Source: an uncultured Prochlorococcus sp. (GTDB lineage Bacteria; Cyanobacteriota; Cyanobacteriia; PCC-6307; Cyanobiaceae). Taken from it: 64,000 nucleotides of DNA. Location of the stretch: the NCBI GenBank assembly GCA_902538225.1, contig CACBEF010000002.1, positions 96,563 through 160,562 of the forward strand, given 5' to 3'. This document shows, one piece after another, positions 30,695-41,380 of the stretch. Below the pieces are notes generated by a model. It did not search any database. It had not been told where the DNA came from and worked only from the letters and a program-made list of their open reading frames with translations. The translations under genes and the position numbers were made by a program. Numbering within the stretch: position 1 is the stretch's first letter; each line of letters opens with the position of its first letter.

Positions 30695-32116
30695 ATGTCT
30701 AAATCTCCTCAAGATGTTTTAAGTCAAATTAAAGACGAAGGAATTGAACTCATCGATTTAAAATTCACTGATATTCATGGAAAATGGCAACATTTAACTC
30801 TTACATCAGACATGATAGAGGAGGATTCTTTTACAGAAGGTTTGGCATTTGATGGCTCATCAATAAGAGGTTGGAAAGCAATTAATGCCTCGGATATGTC
30901 AATGGTGCCCGATGCAAGTACAGCTTGGATAGATCCTTTTTATAAACATAAAACTCTAAGTATGATTTGCTCTATTCAAGAGCCAAGAAGCGGGGAACCT
31001 TATGATAGGTGTCCAAGAGCTTTAGCTCAAAAAGCATTAAAATATTTAGACTCGACTGGTATAGCAGATACTGCATTTTTTGGGCCAGAACCAGAATTCT
31101 TTTTATTTGATGATGTTAGATATGACTCTAAAGAAGGAGGTTGTTTTTATAGTGTAGATACTAATGAAGCTCCATGGAATACAGGGAGAATAGAAGAAGG
31201 AGGTAACTTAGGATACAAAATACAATATAAAGAAGGATATTTTCCAGTAGCTCCAAATGATACTGCGCAAGATATCAGATCTGAGATGCTTCTTCTTATG
31301 GGTGAATTAGGTATCCCCACAGAAAAACATCACCATGAAGTTGCTGGTGCTGGCCAACACGAGCTTGGAATGAAATTTGATTCGTTAATAAATGCTGCTG
31401 ATAACGTTATGACTTATAAATACGTTGTCAGAAATGTTGCAAAAAAATATGGAAAAACAGCAACATTTATGCCCAAACCTGTTTTTAACGACAACGGAAC
31501 AGGAATGCATGTTCACCAAAGTTTATGGAAGAGTGGACAGCCACTATTCTTTGGTGAAGGATCATACGCAAATTTATCTCAAACAGCAAGATGGTACATC
31601 GGAGGCATACTTAAACATGCTCCATCATTCTTAGCATTTACTAACCCAACTACTAATAGTTATAAAAGATTGGTTCCAGGATTCGAAGCACCTGTAAATC
31701 TAGTTTATTCTGAGGGTAATAGATCTGCTGCGGTAAGAATACCTTTAACAGGACCAAGCCCAAAAGCTAAAAGATTAGAATTCAGATCAGGTGACGCACT
31801 TGCAAATCCTTACTTAGCATTCTCTGTAATGATGCTTGCTGGAATTGATGGAATTAAAAATCAAATTGATCCTGGAGATGGAGTAGATGTAGATTTATTT
31901 GAACTTCCAGCTGATGAACTTGCAAAAATTGATACAGTACCTTCATCTCTAAATGACTCACTTAATGCGCTAAAAGCAGATAAGGATTATCTATTAGCTG
32001 GTGGAGTATTTACTGAAGACTTTATTGATAACTTTATCGATATAAAATACGAAGAGGTACAACAACTAAGACAAAGGCCTCATCCACATGAATTCTTCAT
32101 GTATTACGATGCATAA
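30695..32116 (+). CDS. glnA: Glutamine synthetase type I
   Basis: [39 protein letters not shown]. Confidence 0.98.
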   Translation: MSKSPQDVLSQIKDEGIELIDLKFTDIHGKWQHLTLTSDMIEEDSFTEGLAFDGSSIRGWKAINASDMSMVPDASTAWIDPFYKHKTLSMICSIQEPRSGEPYDRCPRALAQKALKYLDSTGIADTAFFGPEPEFFLFDDVRYDSKEGGCFYSVDTNEAPWNTGRIEEGGNLGYKIQYKEGYFPVAPNDTAQDIRSEMLLLMGELGIPTEKHHHEVAGAGQHELGMKFDSLINAADNVMTYKYVVRNVAKKYGKTATFMPKPVFNDNGTGMHVHQSLWKSGQPLFFGEGSYANLSQTARWYIGGILKHAPSFLAFTNPTTNSYKRLVPGFEAPVNLVYSEGNRSAAVRIPLTGPSPKAKRLEFRSGDALANPYLAFSVMMLAGIDGIKNQIDPGDGVDVDLFELPADELAKIDTVPSSLNDSLNALKADKDYLLAGGVFTEDFIDNFIDIKYEEVQQLRQRPHPHEFFMYYDA

Positions 32117-32141
32117 ATAAAAGAAAACATTAGTTTAAATT

Positions 32142-32190
32142 AATCAATTTGAGAAATATCATAAAATATTCTCAAATTGATTTTTTTTTT
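32142..32190 (+). terminator. Intrinsic terminator after glnA
   Basis: 14-bp perfect inverted repeat aatcaatttgagaa (32142-32155) / ttctcaaattgatt (32169-32182), running into a T10 tract. Confidence 0.7.
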
Positions 32191-32218
32191 GTTGGAATAT
32201 AGATATATAAATCGAAAA

Positions 32219-33274
32219 ATGGCTAGGGAATCTATTTCAAAAATTGCATATAAAACGCTACAACAAAGTAAAAGCATTGCAGGTTTCGCTCACAAGCAGA
32301 TTAGTTCAAGATTAATGAACTTTATTCTTCCTGATTCAAAGCTTGAAAATTTTGATATAGATAGAGACCTTCTAATGCAAATCCAAAATTCAATGGATAT
32401 CTTAAGAGAAGAAGATTGGAATGATGCAGAAAAAAATATATATCCAAAAAAATTATTGTTTGACGAACCATGGCTTAGATATCTAACTCAATATCCTAAA
32501 ATTTGGCTCGATATGCCTAATACATGGGATAGACGCAGAAAACAAAATTTTGATGATCTTCCAAAATCAATTGATAAAGATAATTATCCTCAATATTACT
32601 TGAGAAATTTTCATCATCAAACAGATGGTTATTTATCAGATTTTTCAGCTAGCATTTATGACCTACAAGTTGAGATACTATTTAATGGTAGTGCTGACTC
32701 AATGAGGAGAAGAATAATTAAGCCTATAAAAGAAGGACTCGAAATTTTTAGAGATAGAAAAAAAAGTTCTATAAAAATACTTGATGTGGCTACAGGATCA
32801 GGAAGAACATTAAAACAATTAAGAGCTGCATTTCCTAAAGAAAAAATTACAGGCATTGATTTATCTGATTCATACTTAAAAGAGGCAAGTAGATATATTT
32901 CAGATTTAGATGGAGATTTAATTCAGTTACTAAAAGGTAATGCTGAGGAATTACCTTTTGAAAATGATAGTTTTCAATGCATTTCTTGTGTTTACTTATT
33001 TCATGAATTACCTAGAACAATTCGAGCTAAAGTATTAAATGAATTTTTTAGAGTTCTTGAACCTGGAGGAATATTAGTTTTAGCTGATTCAATTCAAATA
33101 AGTGATTCACCTGACTTTACATCCGTAATGGAAAGCTTCTATAAATCTTTTCATGAACCTTTTTATTGTGATTATATAAAAGAGGATATAGATTCAAAAA
33201 TTGAGGATATAGGGTTTAAAGATGTAAAATCAAATTCCTTTTTTATGACAAAAGTATGGTCTGCTGTAAAGTAA
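32219..33274 (+). CDS. Class I SAM-dependent methyltransferase
   Basis: ILDVATGSG, GIDLS, NAEELPF, LFHELP; YLRNFHHQTDG. Confidence 0.85.
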   Translation: MARESISKIAYKTLQQSKSIAGFAHKQISSRLMNFILPDSKLENFDIDRDLLMQIQNSMDILREEDWNDAEKNIYPKKLLFDEPWLRYLTQYPKIWLDMPNTWDRRRKQNFDDLPKSIDKDNYPQYYLRNFHHQTDGYLSDFSASIYDLQVEILFNGSADSMRRRIIKPIKEGLEIFRDRKKSSIKILDVATGSGRTLKQLRAAFPKEKITGIDLSDSYLKEASRYISDLDGDLIQLLKGNAEELPFENDSFQCISCVYLFHELPRTIRAKVLNEFFRVLEPGGILVLADSIQISDSPDFTSVMESFYKSFHEPFYCDYIKEDIDSKIEDIGFKDVKSNSFFMTKVWSAVK

Positions 33275-33286
33275 ACAAAAACTCCT

Positions 33287-33550
33287 ATGACCTATTGGGA
33301 TAAAGATACTATTCAGCTTGTTCAAAGTCTTAATGACAAATTAAAAATTGATCATTCTAGATGGCATAAAGATAAAGGAAATAAATATAAACGATCTGCA
33401 GAATTAATTTCTGCGGGATTATGCCACTTGATTATTTCTTGTAATGAGAAGGAAACTATTGAGTATATAGAAGAAAGTATTAAATGGTTAAAAGAAATTA
33501 ATGTAGATCAACCTTGCCCTAGTAAAAATCACCTTTTTAAAGCCAACTGA
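33287..33550 (+). CDS. Conserved cyanobacterial hypothetical protein
   Basis: 87-aa ORF 12 nt after the methyltransferase; WH..K...R.AE and PCP motifs. Confidence 0.7.
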   Translation: MTYWDKDTIQLVQSLNDKLKIDHSRWHKDKGNKYKRSAELISAGLCHLIISCNEKETIEYIEESIKWLKEINVDQPCPSKNHLFKAN

Positions 33551-33963
33551 AGTCTATTGCCTTTACTACTCCATCTAATGTCATCAAAACATTCATTAAT
33601 AATGTATAAGCCACGGCCATTTACACTACTTATTTTTTTTGGTAATTTATAATCTCTTTTTTTTATTTCTAAACCATTACCTTGATCTTGAATTTGCCAA
33701 ACACACCAATTAGGAGTAATAATTCTTCTTACTCTAATATTTTTTTTTGGATCTAATTTATTTCCATGTTTTACTGCATTAACTAAAGCTTCATGTAAAC
33801 CAAGTTTTATAAGATAGCTTGATTGAGAATTTTTGATAGGTTCTAATAATTGATCTACAAATTCATTTAACTGTAATGATGATTCGAATTCGTAGTTTGA
33901 CCAGTTAATCTTTGGTCTTTTAAAAAATTTTTTTAAAATATTTTTGCCCCGAAGTAAGGACAT
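33529..33963 (-). CDS. Anti-sigma-factor-type HATPase_c protein
   Basis: EALVNAVKHGN (N box), DQGNG (G1), GRGLYII (G2). Confidence 0.85.
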   Translation of the reverse strand: MSLLRGKNILKKFFKRPKINWSNYEFESSLQLNEFVDQLLEPIKNSQSSYLIKLGLHEALVNAVKHGNKLDPKKNIRVRRIITPNWCVWQIQDQGNGLEIKKRDYKLPKKISSVNGRGLYIINECFDDIRWSSKGNRLQLALKR

Positions 33964-34011
33964 AATAATATTTTGATACTGTCTTAATTTTAACTTATTA
34001 AATACCTCAAT

Positions 34012-34731
34012 TTAAAGAATATTATTATGTCTCTCTGCAATAGCAGGATGCTTTAGTATGGAGTCCATAAGTCTTACTCCTCTTAGTTGATTTATTAAAG
34101 GCATATGTCCATCAGGAGCATCCAATGACCAACGGAAAGATCCAGGATATCTAGTCCATAAGCCCTCTTTTTTCCAACCTATTTTCGGCCACATTAATTC
34201 ATATTTTTTACCTACTGATTTTAATATCTTTGCTTGAATTGAGAATCCAAATCTACCAGTTGAATAAATAATCCATAATCTATCTATTGTTTGTAGATCT
34301 TTACCTGACATATTCTTAACTTCACTATAGAAAACATATCCACGTTTCTCAGCTAATTTTCCAGCTAACTTCCGTAAGTAGGAACTTGTTAATCTATCTG
34401 CCTCTTCAAATTTTTGGTCAACCAACATCAATTGTAAATCCTTATAATTAATATCAATATCTGAATATGTATTAAACCAATTATTGAATTTAGAATTTTC
34501 AAAGAATTCAGGTTTAAATTTTTTTAAAACTTGCAATATCCAACCAGCAGCCCAGTCATCTCCTTCATTATCAAAGATATCAAAAAGTGAAGGGCCAAGA
34601 TTAAAAATATTTTCTACTTCAGATTCAATTTGAGATAATGAATTTATTCTTTTTCTTTGATTGGAATCTACAAATTTTTTTATCAGGTCTAATGTAGCAT
34701 TACTATAGTTATCTTGTTCTTTGTTATTCAT
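34012..34731 (-). CDS. gun4: GUN4 domain protein (Mg-chelatase cofactor)
   Basis: EEADRLT, DLQTIDRLW..YS.GRFGFSIQ, AP.GHMPL. Confidence 0.88.
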   Translation of the reverse strand: MNNKEQDNYSNATLDLIKKFVDSNQRKRINSLSQIESEVENIFNLGPSLFDIFDNEGDDWAAGWILQVLKKFKPEFFENSKFNNWFNTYSDIDINYKDLQLMLVDQKFEEADRLTSSYLRKLAGKLAEKRGYVFYSEVKNMSGKDLQTIDRLWIIYSTGRFGFSIQAKILKSVGKKYELMWPKIGWKKEGLWTRYPGSFRWSLDAPDGHMPLINQLRGVRLMDSILKHPAIAERHNNIL

Positions 34732-34764
34732 TTTAAAAAATCAATCAAAAAAATAAAACTATCC

Positions 34765-35808
34765 ATGCATTTCAAAAGAAAAGAACTAGAGAAATTTAGA
34801 AGTTTTAAAGGACCACTTATAGATGTTAGAAGCCCAGGTGAATATTATAAAGGACACATGCCTAATTCTATTAACATTCCACTTTTTGATAATGATGAGA
34901 GATCAATAATTGGCACGATTTATAAAAAAGAAGGAAGAAAAAAAGCAGTGATAGAGGGATTAAATTTTTTTGAAAAAAAAATGGAATTTCTTCTTGATAA
35001 TTTATTCATGAGTATTGACTCTTATAAAACTATTACTAAAAAAAATAATAATGAATTGTTTATTAGAATATATTGCTCTAGAGGAGGTATGCGATCACAA
35101 AGTATTGCTTGGTTACTGGAAAAATTTAAATTCAATCTCGTTACACTAAATGGAGGATACAAAATATATAGGAGATGGGTATTAGATAGTTTTTCGAAGA
35201 AGTTGAACATTGTAGTTATTGGCGGAAAAACAGGCACAGGGAAGACAAGGTTATTATTATTACTAGAAAAATATAAATATCAAACAATTGATCTTGAAGG
35301 ATTTGCTTGTCATAGAGGAAGTACATTTGGAGGTTTAGGAATGAAAGAACAACCTTCAAATGAACAATTTGAAAATATGATTGCAGAAAAATTAAATTCT
35401 TTTAGATGTTCTAATAATATTTTTGTTGAAGCTGAAAGTGCAAATATAGGTAAATGCAAAATCCCTCATGAATTCTTCAATCAGATGAAAAATTCGAGAA
35501 GAATTGAAATTTTAAGAAGCGAATCTAACAGGTTAGATGAGTTGATAGATACTTATAGTGTATTTACGAAAGAGGAACTCCAAGAATCTGTATTAAGGAT
35601 AAAAAAAAGATTAGGCCCGCAAAGAACAAAATTAGCTCTTGAATCAATAAATAGTGAGAAATGGGACTTAGTTTGCAAATCAGTTTTAGATTATTACGAT
35701 AAGTGTTATGAATATGAAAAGGTTGGCAAAACAAATATAAAGATATTAGATTTAACCGACAAAAAATATGATGAAAGTATCCTAGAGTTAATAAATAATG
35801 TTATGTGA
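34765..35808 (+). CDS. mnmH: tRNA 2-selenouridine synthase
   Basis: IDVRSPGEY, YCSRGGMRS rhodanese loop, GGKTGTGKT, HRGSTFG. Confidence 0.92.
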   Translation: MHFKRKELEKFRSFKGPLIDVRSPGEYYKGHMPNSINIPLFDNDERSIIGTIYKKEGRKKAVIEGLNFFEKKMEFLLDNLFMSIDSYKTITKKNNNELFIRIYCSRGGMRSQSIAWLLEKFKFNLVTLNGGYKIYRRWVLDSFSKKLNIVVIGGKTGTGKTRLLLLLEKYKYQTIDLEGFACHRGSTFGGLGMKEQPSNEQFENMIAEKLNSFRCSNNIFVEAESANIGKCKIPHEFFNQMKNSRRIEILRSESNRLDELIDTYSVFTKEELQESVLRIKKRLGPQRTKLALESINSEKWDLVCKSVLDYYDKCYEYEKVGKTNIKILDLTDKKYDESILELINNVM

Positions 35809-35868
35809 AATAATTACAAACGAATATGAAAAAAATTTCCTAAGATAAAAAATTATTAATCGAATATT

Positions 35869-36222
35869 ATGACAGCAAATAAGTCTGCAAAAATACAATT
35901 TTATGAAGGAACTAATGAACCAGTAGTGCCTGAAATAAGACTGACTAGGAGTAAAGACGGAACCACCGGCCAAGCATTATTTTTGTTCGAAAAACCACAG
36001 GCATTATCTTCAATTACAGACGGTGAAATCACAGGAATGCGGATGATTGATTCCGAAGGTGAAATACTAACTAGGGAAGTTAAAGTAAAGTTTGTTGATG
36101 GAGAACCCATATTTTTAGAAGCAGTTTATATTTGGAAGAACACATCAGACTTTGATAGATTTATGAGATTTGCAAATAGTTATGCTAAATCAAATGGATT
36201 AGGATATTCTGAGAAGAAGTAG
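35869..36222 (+). CDS. psb28: Photosystem II assembly factor Psb28
   Basis: [33 protein letters not shown]. Confidence 0.93.
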   Translation: MTANKSAKIQFYEGTNEPVVPEIRLTRSKDGTTGQALFLFEKPQALSSITDGEITGMRMIDSEGEILTREVKVKFVDGEPIFLEAVYIWKNTSDFDRFMRFANSYAKSNGLGYSEKK

Positions 36223-36235
36223 AATATTTTGAAAA

Positions 36236-37279
36236 TTGAGTAGTTCATCATATTTCAAGTTAGTAGTAATTTTAATCACTTCTTTAATAATTTGGACTTT
36301 AAGAGATTTTCTCCTCTTAATTGTTTGTTCTTTAGTAATTTCAAATATTGTATGTAATTTATGTAATCAAATGCAAAAGGGTTTGAAAATTCCCCGATCG
36401 CTTTCTTTATTTCTTGTCTTAACTGTTATATCAGTAATAGTATTTACTATTTTTATTCTTGTATTGCCTCCGTTTATTAAAGAATTCAATGAAATATTAG
36501 TTGATATTCCGAATGGTTTATCAAAAATAAATATTTTGATTAATACAAATCTGAACAAATTTAATAGCCTATTTTATGGTGAACAATCAGAGAATGTTAT
36601 AGACATATTTAGTCTTATAAATAATGTAGTTACCATCCCAGATGCCTCAACCATTGCGAAAGCTATTCAAGAAAGTTTTAGGAATTTAATAAATATAGCG
36701 GGGAATCTTGGTTCAGGTCTTTTGAAATTAATATTCGTATTAGCAGTGAGTTTGATGATTTCTATTGAACCAAAACAATATAAAGAAAATATACTTCTAT
36801 TAATTCCAAAAAATTATCGCAACAAATTTAGAAACATTCTGGAAAAATGCAATATTGCATTAGCAAATTGGACCTTTTCTATGGTCATAAGCTCATTATC
36901 AGTAGGTTTATTATCATTAATAGTTTTATCTATATTAGATGTCAAATATGTAGTCTCAAATGCTTTAATAGCAATGGTTCTTAATGTAATTCCAAACATA
37001 GGTCCAGTTATTAGTGGTATATTTCCTATCTCAATTGCACTTCTAGATAATTTTTGGAAGCCACTGGCCGTATTAGGCGCATATGTAATCATTCAAAATA
37101 TTGAAAGCTATATAATAATGCCATCTATAATGAAGAAAAAAGCAAACTTACTTCCTGGTTTGACATTAATATCACAATTTGGATTTACATTCATTTTTGG
37201 TCCATTAGGCTTAATCCTTTCTCTTCCATTGGCAGTAGTAATACAGGTTTTAATCAAAGAATCATTTAAAGATATTTAA
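36236..37279 (+). CDS. AI-2E family transporter
   Basis: Multi-TM protein; IPNIGP, QNIESYII.P, FGPLGLILSLPL. Confidence 0.85.
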   Translation: MSSSSYFKLVVILITSLIIWTLRDFLLLIVCSLVISNIVCNLCNQMQKGLKIPRSLSLFLVLTVISVIVFTIFILVLPPFIKEFNEILVDIPNGLSKINILINTNLNKFNSLFYGEQSENVIDIFSLINNVVTIPDASTIAKAIQESFRNLINIAGNLGSGLLKLIFVLAVSLMISIEPKQYKENILLLIPKNYRNKFRNILEKCNIALANWTFSMVISSLSVGLLSLIVLSILDVKYVVSNALIAMVLNVIPNIGPVISGIFPISIALLDNFWKPLAVLGAYVIIQNIESYIIMPSIMKKKANLLPGLTLISQFGFTFIFGPLGLILSLPLAVVIQVLIKESFKDI

Positions 37280-37282
37280 AAA

Positions 37283-37465
37283 CTACTTAATTAATTTTTT
37301 ATATAAATATGGGTAGGAAAAAAGTATAAAGAAAGCTAAGGGATGTTTACCAATAGCAAAATATAGTGAGCTAAAAGTAAAGTGGTCAAATAATATTCTT
37401 AGCTCGGTAGAAAGATCTATTAAAACTAAAGAAAATAAAATTATCAAATAGTAATTCAATTTCAT
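37283..37465 (-). CDS. Small hypothetical membrane protein
   Basis: 60-aa ORF 18 nt after secF; hydrophobic, with ELRILFDHFT core. Confidence 0.6.
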   Translation of the reverse strand: MKLNYYLIILFSLVLIDLSTELRILFDHFTFSSLYFAIGKHPLAFFILFSYPYLYKKLIK

Positions 37466-37483
37466 AAAATTAGAAGCTTAAGG

Positions 37484-38398
37484 TCAGTCTTTAAGCAACA
37501 AAGATGGAGCCAATAAAATACTTGAATAACTCCCAACTATAATTCCTAATGATAAGGCCAAGGAAAACCAAAACAGCGAGTAAGATCCAAACAAAATAAT
37601 GCTTAATAAAGGAATAAGGGTTGTAATACTGGTAAAGGTTGTTCTCCTAAATGACTCGTTTACTGATAATTGAATAGTTTCGTTATAGCCTTCTTTCTTT
37701 GATTTTAAATTCTCACGAATTCTATCAAAAATAACAACAGTATCATTTACAGAATAACCAGCAATAGTTAGCAAGGACACAGCAAATAAACTATTTACCT
37801 CGACAGATAATATAATTCCCAACCAAGAAAATATACCGAAAACAATTAATAAATCATGGAATAAAGCTAATAATGCAAATAATGCATATTTTTTGTCAAA
37901 TCTAATGGTTATATATAAAGATATTGCAAATAAAGAAACCAACAATGAAGTAACAGAATTAGTAAGTAATCTTTTCCCAAGCTTTGGACCTATTAATCTT
38001 GAGTCCTTACTCTCATAATTCAGGGGTCCAACAATATTATCAAGATTAGAAATAAGATTATTTGATTCTTCTATACTTAAATAAGGTGTTCTTATTGAAA
38101 TTAATTTATTATTATTTTGGAATTGTAATTTAAGATTATTTAAAACTTTTTTATTTTTAGAGATCTCTTTTAAATTTTCAAAAACTGAATCTGGGGAAAG
38201 ATTAGAACATTCCGCTTCACAAATTCTTTCTATCCTTAGTTCATTTCCACCAACAAAATCCATCCCTAAATTTATAGGTTTTTTATAAGAAGTATTAAAA
38301 GTAGAATATAAAATTCCTAGAAGACTCAACAAAGTAAGAACAGTTGAAAAACCAATTATCTTTTTTTTATTTTTTATTAATTCAAGATTGTATTTCAT
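37484..38398 (-). CDS. secF: Protein translocase subunit SecF
   Basis: LGMDFVGG, GYSVNDTVVIFDRIREN. Confidence 0.96.
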   Translation of the reverse strand: MKYNLELIKNKKKIIGFSTVLTLLSLLGILYSTFNTSYKKPINLGMDFVGGNELRIERICEAECSNLSPDSVFENLKEISKNKKVLNNLKLQFQNNNKLISIRTPYLSIEESNNLISNLDNIVGPLNYESKDSRLIGPKLGKRLLTNSVTSLLVSLFAISLYITIRFDKKYALFALLALFHDLLIVFGIFSWLGIILSVEVNSLFAVSLLTIAGYSVNDTVVIFDRIRENLKSKKEGYNETIQLSVNESFRRTTFTSITTLIPLLSIILFGSYSLFWFSLALSLGIIVGSYSSILLAPSLLLKD

Positions 38399-38419
38399 AG
38401 GAAATTAGAATTAAAAAAT

Positions 38420-39889
38420 TTAATTTGAAAAATTATTCTTTGGCAGAAAGAGATTTTTTTGTCTCAAAGATTGATATGTTGTAAAAAATCGCAAAATAGT
38501 TTTAGAACAATTTAATGAGGTAAACAAGCTTATTAAGACTCCAATACCTAATGTTGCCGCAAAACCCTTAACAAAATTTGTTCCTAATAAAAACAATACA
38601 AAACAACTTAGAAGAGTTGTAATATGGCCATCAACTATGGATGAATTAGCTCTTTGAAAACCGCTATCAATAGATCTTGTAAGAGTATTACCATCATATA
38701 ATTCTTCTCTAATTCTCTCAAATATTAGTATATTTGCATCAACAGCCATACCAATGCTGAGTATAAGCCCAGATATTCCAGGTAAAGTCAAAGTTACAGG
38801 AATCAAAGAATATAGGGCTAAGTTGAGGAAACCATAAAGTACTAGAGAAAGAACTGAAACAAAACCTAAAATTCTATAATTAAAAATCATAAATATACCA
38901 ACTAAAATTAGTCCACTAATTGCTGCATAAAGACTTTTTAAAATATTTTTGGATCCCAACAGAGCCCCTATAGTGTTAGTTTCTACTATTTCAATTGGCA
39001 ATGGTAATGAGCCTCCTTTAAGTTGAACTTCTAATTCTCTAGCATTTTCAGCACTAAAATTACCACTTATTGTTGCTGATCCACCTGTAATCCCAGTATT
39101 AGCAAACTGATTACCAACACTAGCTTCGCTTATTGATTCACCATCTAGAATGATAGCCAAAAGTTGATTAGTGCCAGCAATTGACTTTGTAATTTCTGCA
39201 AACTTTTCACCTCCCGAATTACTAAAAGTTAATAAAACTTCCCAATTACTATTTGTTTGTTCTTGTCTCCTTCCTGCGTTAATAAGATCCTTACCAGATA
39301 AATCTGTTTTAATAAATAAATTTGTAATTTCTTTATCAACATACTTTTTAATTTCAATTAACATCCCATATAAATCACTACTCGTAGTCGAGTAATTTAA
39401 TTCTTGCTCTATCTCTTTAAGATCATCTTGAATAATTTTTAAGAAATTATCATCATATTGACTTTTTTCTGAAGAGGAATATTGATCAATAATTTCTTTA
39501 ATATTCAATCTCTGAAGTTGGAGGGTTTTTAAATCTGTAGATGTTCCTGCTTTTTGGGTCCTAAACTCTAATAGAGCAGTCTTACCTAAAACTCTTGAAG
39601 CAACTAATGGATTTTGTTCTCCTGGTAGTTCTAAAATTAATTGATCTCCACCTAGTGTTTGCAAGTTTGATTCTGAAACCCCTAAGTTGTTAACGCGTCT
39701 ATCTATAACTGCATTAACTGCATCAAGTTCATCCTTTGTTACCTTCCCTTCCTCTTTAATAATTTGTAGTGTAAGTTGAGAACCCCCTTGTAAATCCAAT
39801 CCCAACTGTAAGGGGTAGTTTATTAAAAGATAAACAGATAGCGTAAGTAGAAATATAATAAAAAAAAGCCAACCTTGCCTTCTTTTCAT
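38420..39889 (-). CDS. secD: Protein translocase subunit SecD
   Basis: LGLDLQGG, GMAVDANILIFERIREE. Confidence 0.96.
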   Translation of the reverse strand: MKRRQGWLFFIIFLLTLSVYLLINYPLQLGLDLQGGSQLTLQIIKEEGKVTKDELDAVNAVIDRRVNNLGVSESNLQTLGGDQLILELPGEQNPLVASRVLGKTALLEFRTQKAGTSTDLKTLQLQRLNIKEIIDQYSSSEKSQYDDNFLKIIQDDLKEIEQELNYSTTSSDLYGMLIEIKKYVDKEITNLFIKTDLSGKDLINAGRRQEQTNSNWEVLLTFSNSGGEKFAEITKSIAGTNQLLAIILDGESISEASVGNQFANTGITGGSATISGNFSAENARELEVQLKGGSLPLPIEIVETNTIGALLGSKNILKSLYAAISGLILVGIFMIFNYRILGFVSVLSLVLYGFLNLALYSLIPVTLTLPGISGLILSIGMAVDANILIFERIREELYDGNTLTRSIDSGFQRANSSIVDGHITTLLSCFVLFLLGTNFVKGFAATLGIGVLISLFTSLNCSKTILRFFTTYQSLRQKNLFLPKNNFSN

Positions 39890-39892
39890 TAC

Positions 39893-40876
39893 CTATATAC
39901 TCCCACTAATTAAATCTTCAACTTTTTCAACTATTTGATGTGGTTGAATTATTGTCAAATTCTCAAGATTTCCATTATACGGAGTTGGAATATCCTGACT
40001 AGATAATCTAATTGGTCGGGCATCAAGATCATCGAAACACTCTTCTGTTATCAAGGCAATTAATTCTGCACCAATACCTCCAGTCTTCATACATTCTTCA
40101 ACAATAATTACTTTATTTGTTTTTCTTATTGATTTTGAGATGGTTTCAATATCAAATGGTTTTAAACTTATTAAATCAATTAACTCAACATCTATTTCTT
40201 TTTTTTCTAATTCTTCAACAGCTTTAAGGCAGTGATGTCTCATTCTTGAATAAGTCAATAAAGTAATATCTTTACCTTCTTTTACAACGTCAGCCTGATC
40301 TAAAGCGCAAGTATAATCACCCTCAGGTAATTCTTCAGACAAGTTATATAGAAGAACATGTTCGAAAAATAGAACCGGATTATCATCTCTTATAGCTGCT
40401 TTCATTAAACCTTTAGCATTTGTAGGTGTACTGCATGCAACAATCTTTATACCAGGAACTGCATGAAAATATGCTTCAAGTCTTTGACTGTGTTCAGCAC
40501 CAAGTTGACGACCAACTCCTCCAGGTCCTCTGACTACTGCTGGTATTTTATAATTACCTCCGCTTGTATATCTAAGCATGCCCATATTATTTGATATCTG
40601 ATTAAAAGCTAAAAGCAAAAAACCCATATTCATTCCTTCTACAATTGGTCTTAAACCAGTCATTGCTGCACCCACAGCCATTCCCGTAAAACTATTCTCT
40701 GCAATTGGAGTATCTAAGACTCTTAACTCTCCATATTTCTCATATAAATCCTTAGTAACTTTGTAAGATCCTCCATATTGACCAACATCTTCCCCCATAA
40801 CGCAAACATTTACATCATTTGCCATTTCTTCATCAATTGCCTCTTTCAAAGCATTAAATAATAATGTTCCAGCCAC
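39893..40876 (-). CDS. pdhB: Pyruvate dehydrogenase E1 beta subunit
   Basis: GEDVG.YGG, DTPIAE, GAEHSQ. Confidence 0.96.
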   Translation of the reverse strand: MAGTLLFNALKEAIDEEMANDVNVCVMGEDVGQYGGSYKVTKDLYEKYGELRVLDTPIAENSFTGMAVGAAMTGLRPIVEGMNMGFLLLAFNQISNNMGMLRYTSGGNYKIPAVVRGPGGVGRQLGAEHSQRLEAYFHAVPGIKIVACSTPTNAKGLMKAAIRDDNPVLFFEHVLLYNLSEELPEGDYTCALDQADVVKEGKDITLLTYSRMRHHCLKAVEELEKKEIDVELIDLISLKPFDIETISKSIRKTNKVIIVEECMKTGGIGAELIALITEECFDDLDARPIRLSSQDIPTPYNGNLENLTIIQPHQIVEKVEDLISGSI

Positions 40877-40925
40877 AATTAATTACCTAATTAATCACAT
40901 TTATAATCCTACCACTTTGATTAAT

Positions 40926-41021
40926 TTAACCTCCTTCAGCAAAGGTTATAAGTAGTAATATTGACAAAATCATTCCTGGTGAAAGCAAAAGTATTAAAAG
41001 TCCTAAGTCATGTAAAGACAT
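40926..41021 (-). CDS. Small single-TM protein, 31 aa (not in ORF track)
   Basis: Manual translation MSLHDLGLLILLLSPGMILSILLLITFAEGG; fills the gap between two co-oriented genes. Confidence 0.6.
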   Translation of the reverse strand: MSLHDLGLLILLLSPGMILSILLLITFAEGG

Positions 41022-41054
41022 TAAATAAAGCGTTTTCTTAATGATATGCTCAAT

Positions 41055-41357
41055 TCAACTTTTCTTCAGAAAAAAACTTCGTATAAATACAATAAAAAGT
41101 CCTATACCTATAAAAGCAAAAGAAAAAGTTAGCAAAAAAGATAATCCAATTATTAAGGTGTTAATACTAGAAGAAATATTTTGGACTATTTCAGAAGAAT
41201 TAGATGGTTTATGTATTGAAAAATAAATTGCAATTTTATTACTCAAAAAATAAAAAAATATAAATAATAAAAAACTGGTTAATGATCCTACAATAAAATT
41301 TAATGGTCCTTTTTCGGGAATATTATTTTCAATATTCTGATTACTTTTATCAAGCAA
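41055..41357 (-). CDS. DUF3082-like membrane protein
   Basis: KGPL..., two TM helices; follows ispE. Confidence 0.65.
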   Translation of the reverse strand: MLDKSNQNIENNIPEKGPLNFIVGSLTSFLLFIFFYFLSNKIAIYFSIHKPSNSSEIVQNISSSINTLIIGLSFLLTFSFAFIGIGLFIVFIRSFFLKKS

Positions 41358-41380
41358 AATAAAATTTTGTATAGAAAAAT

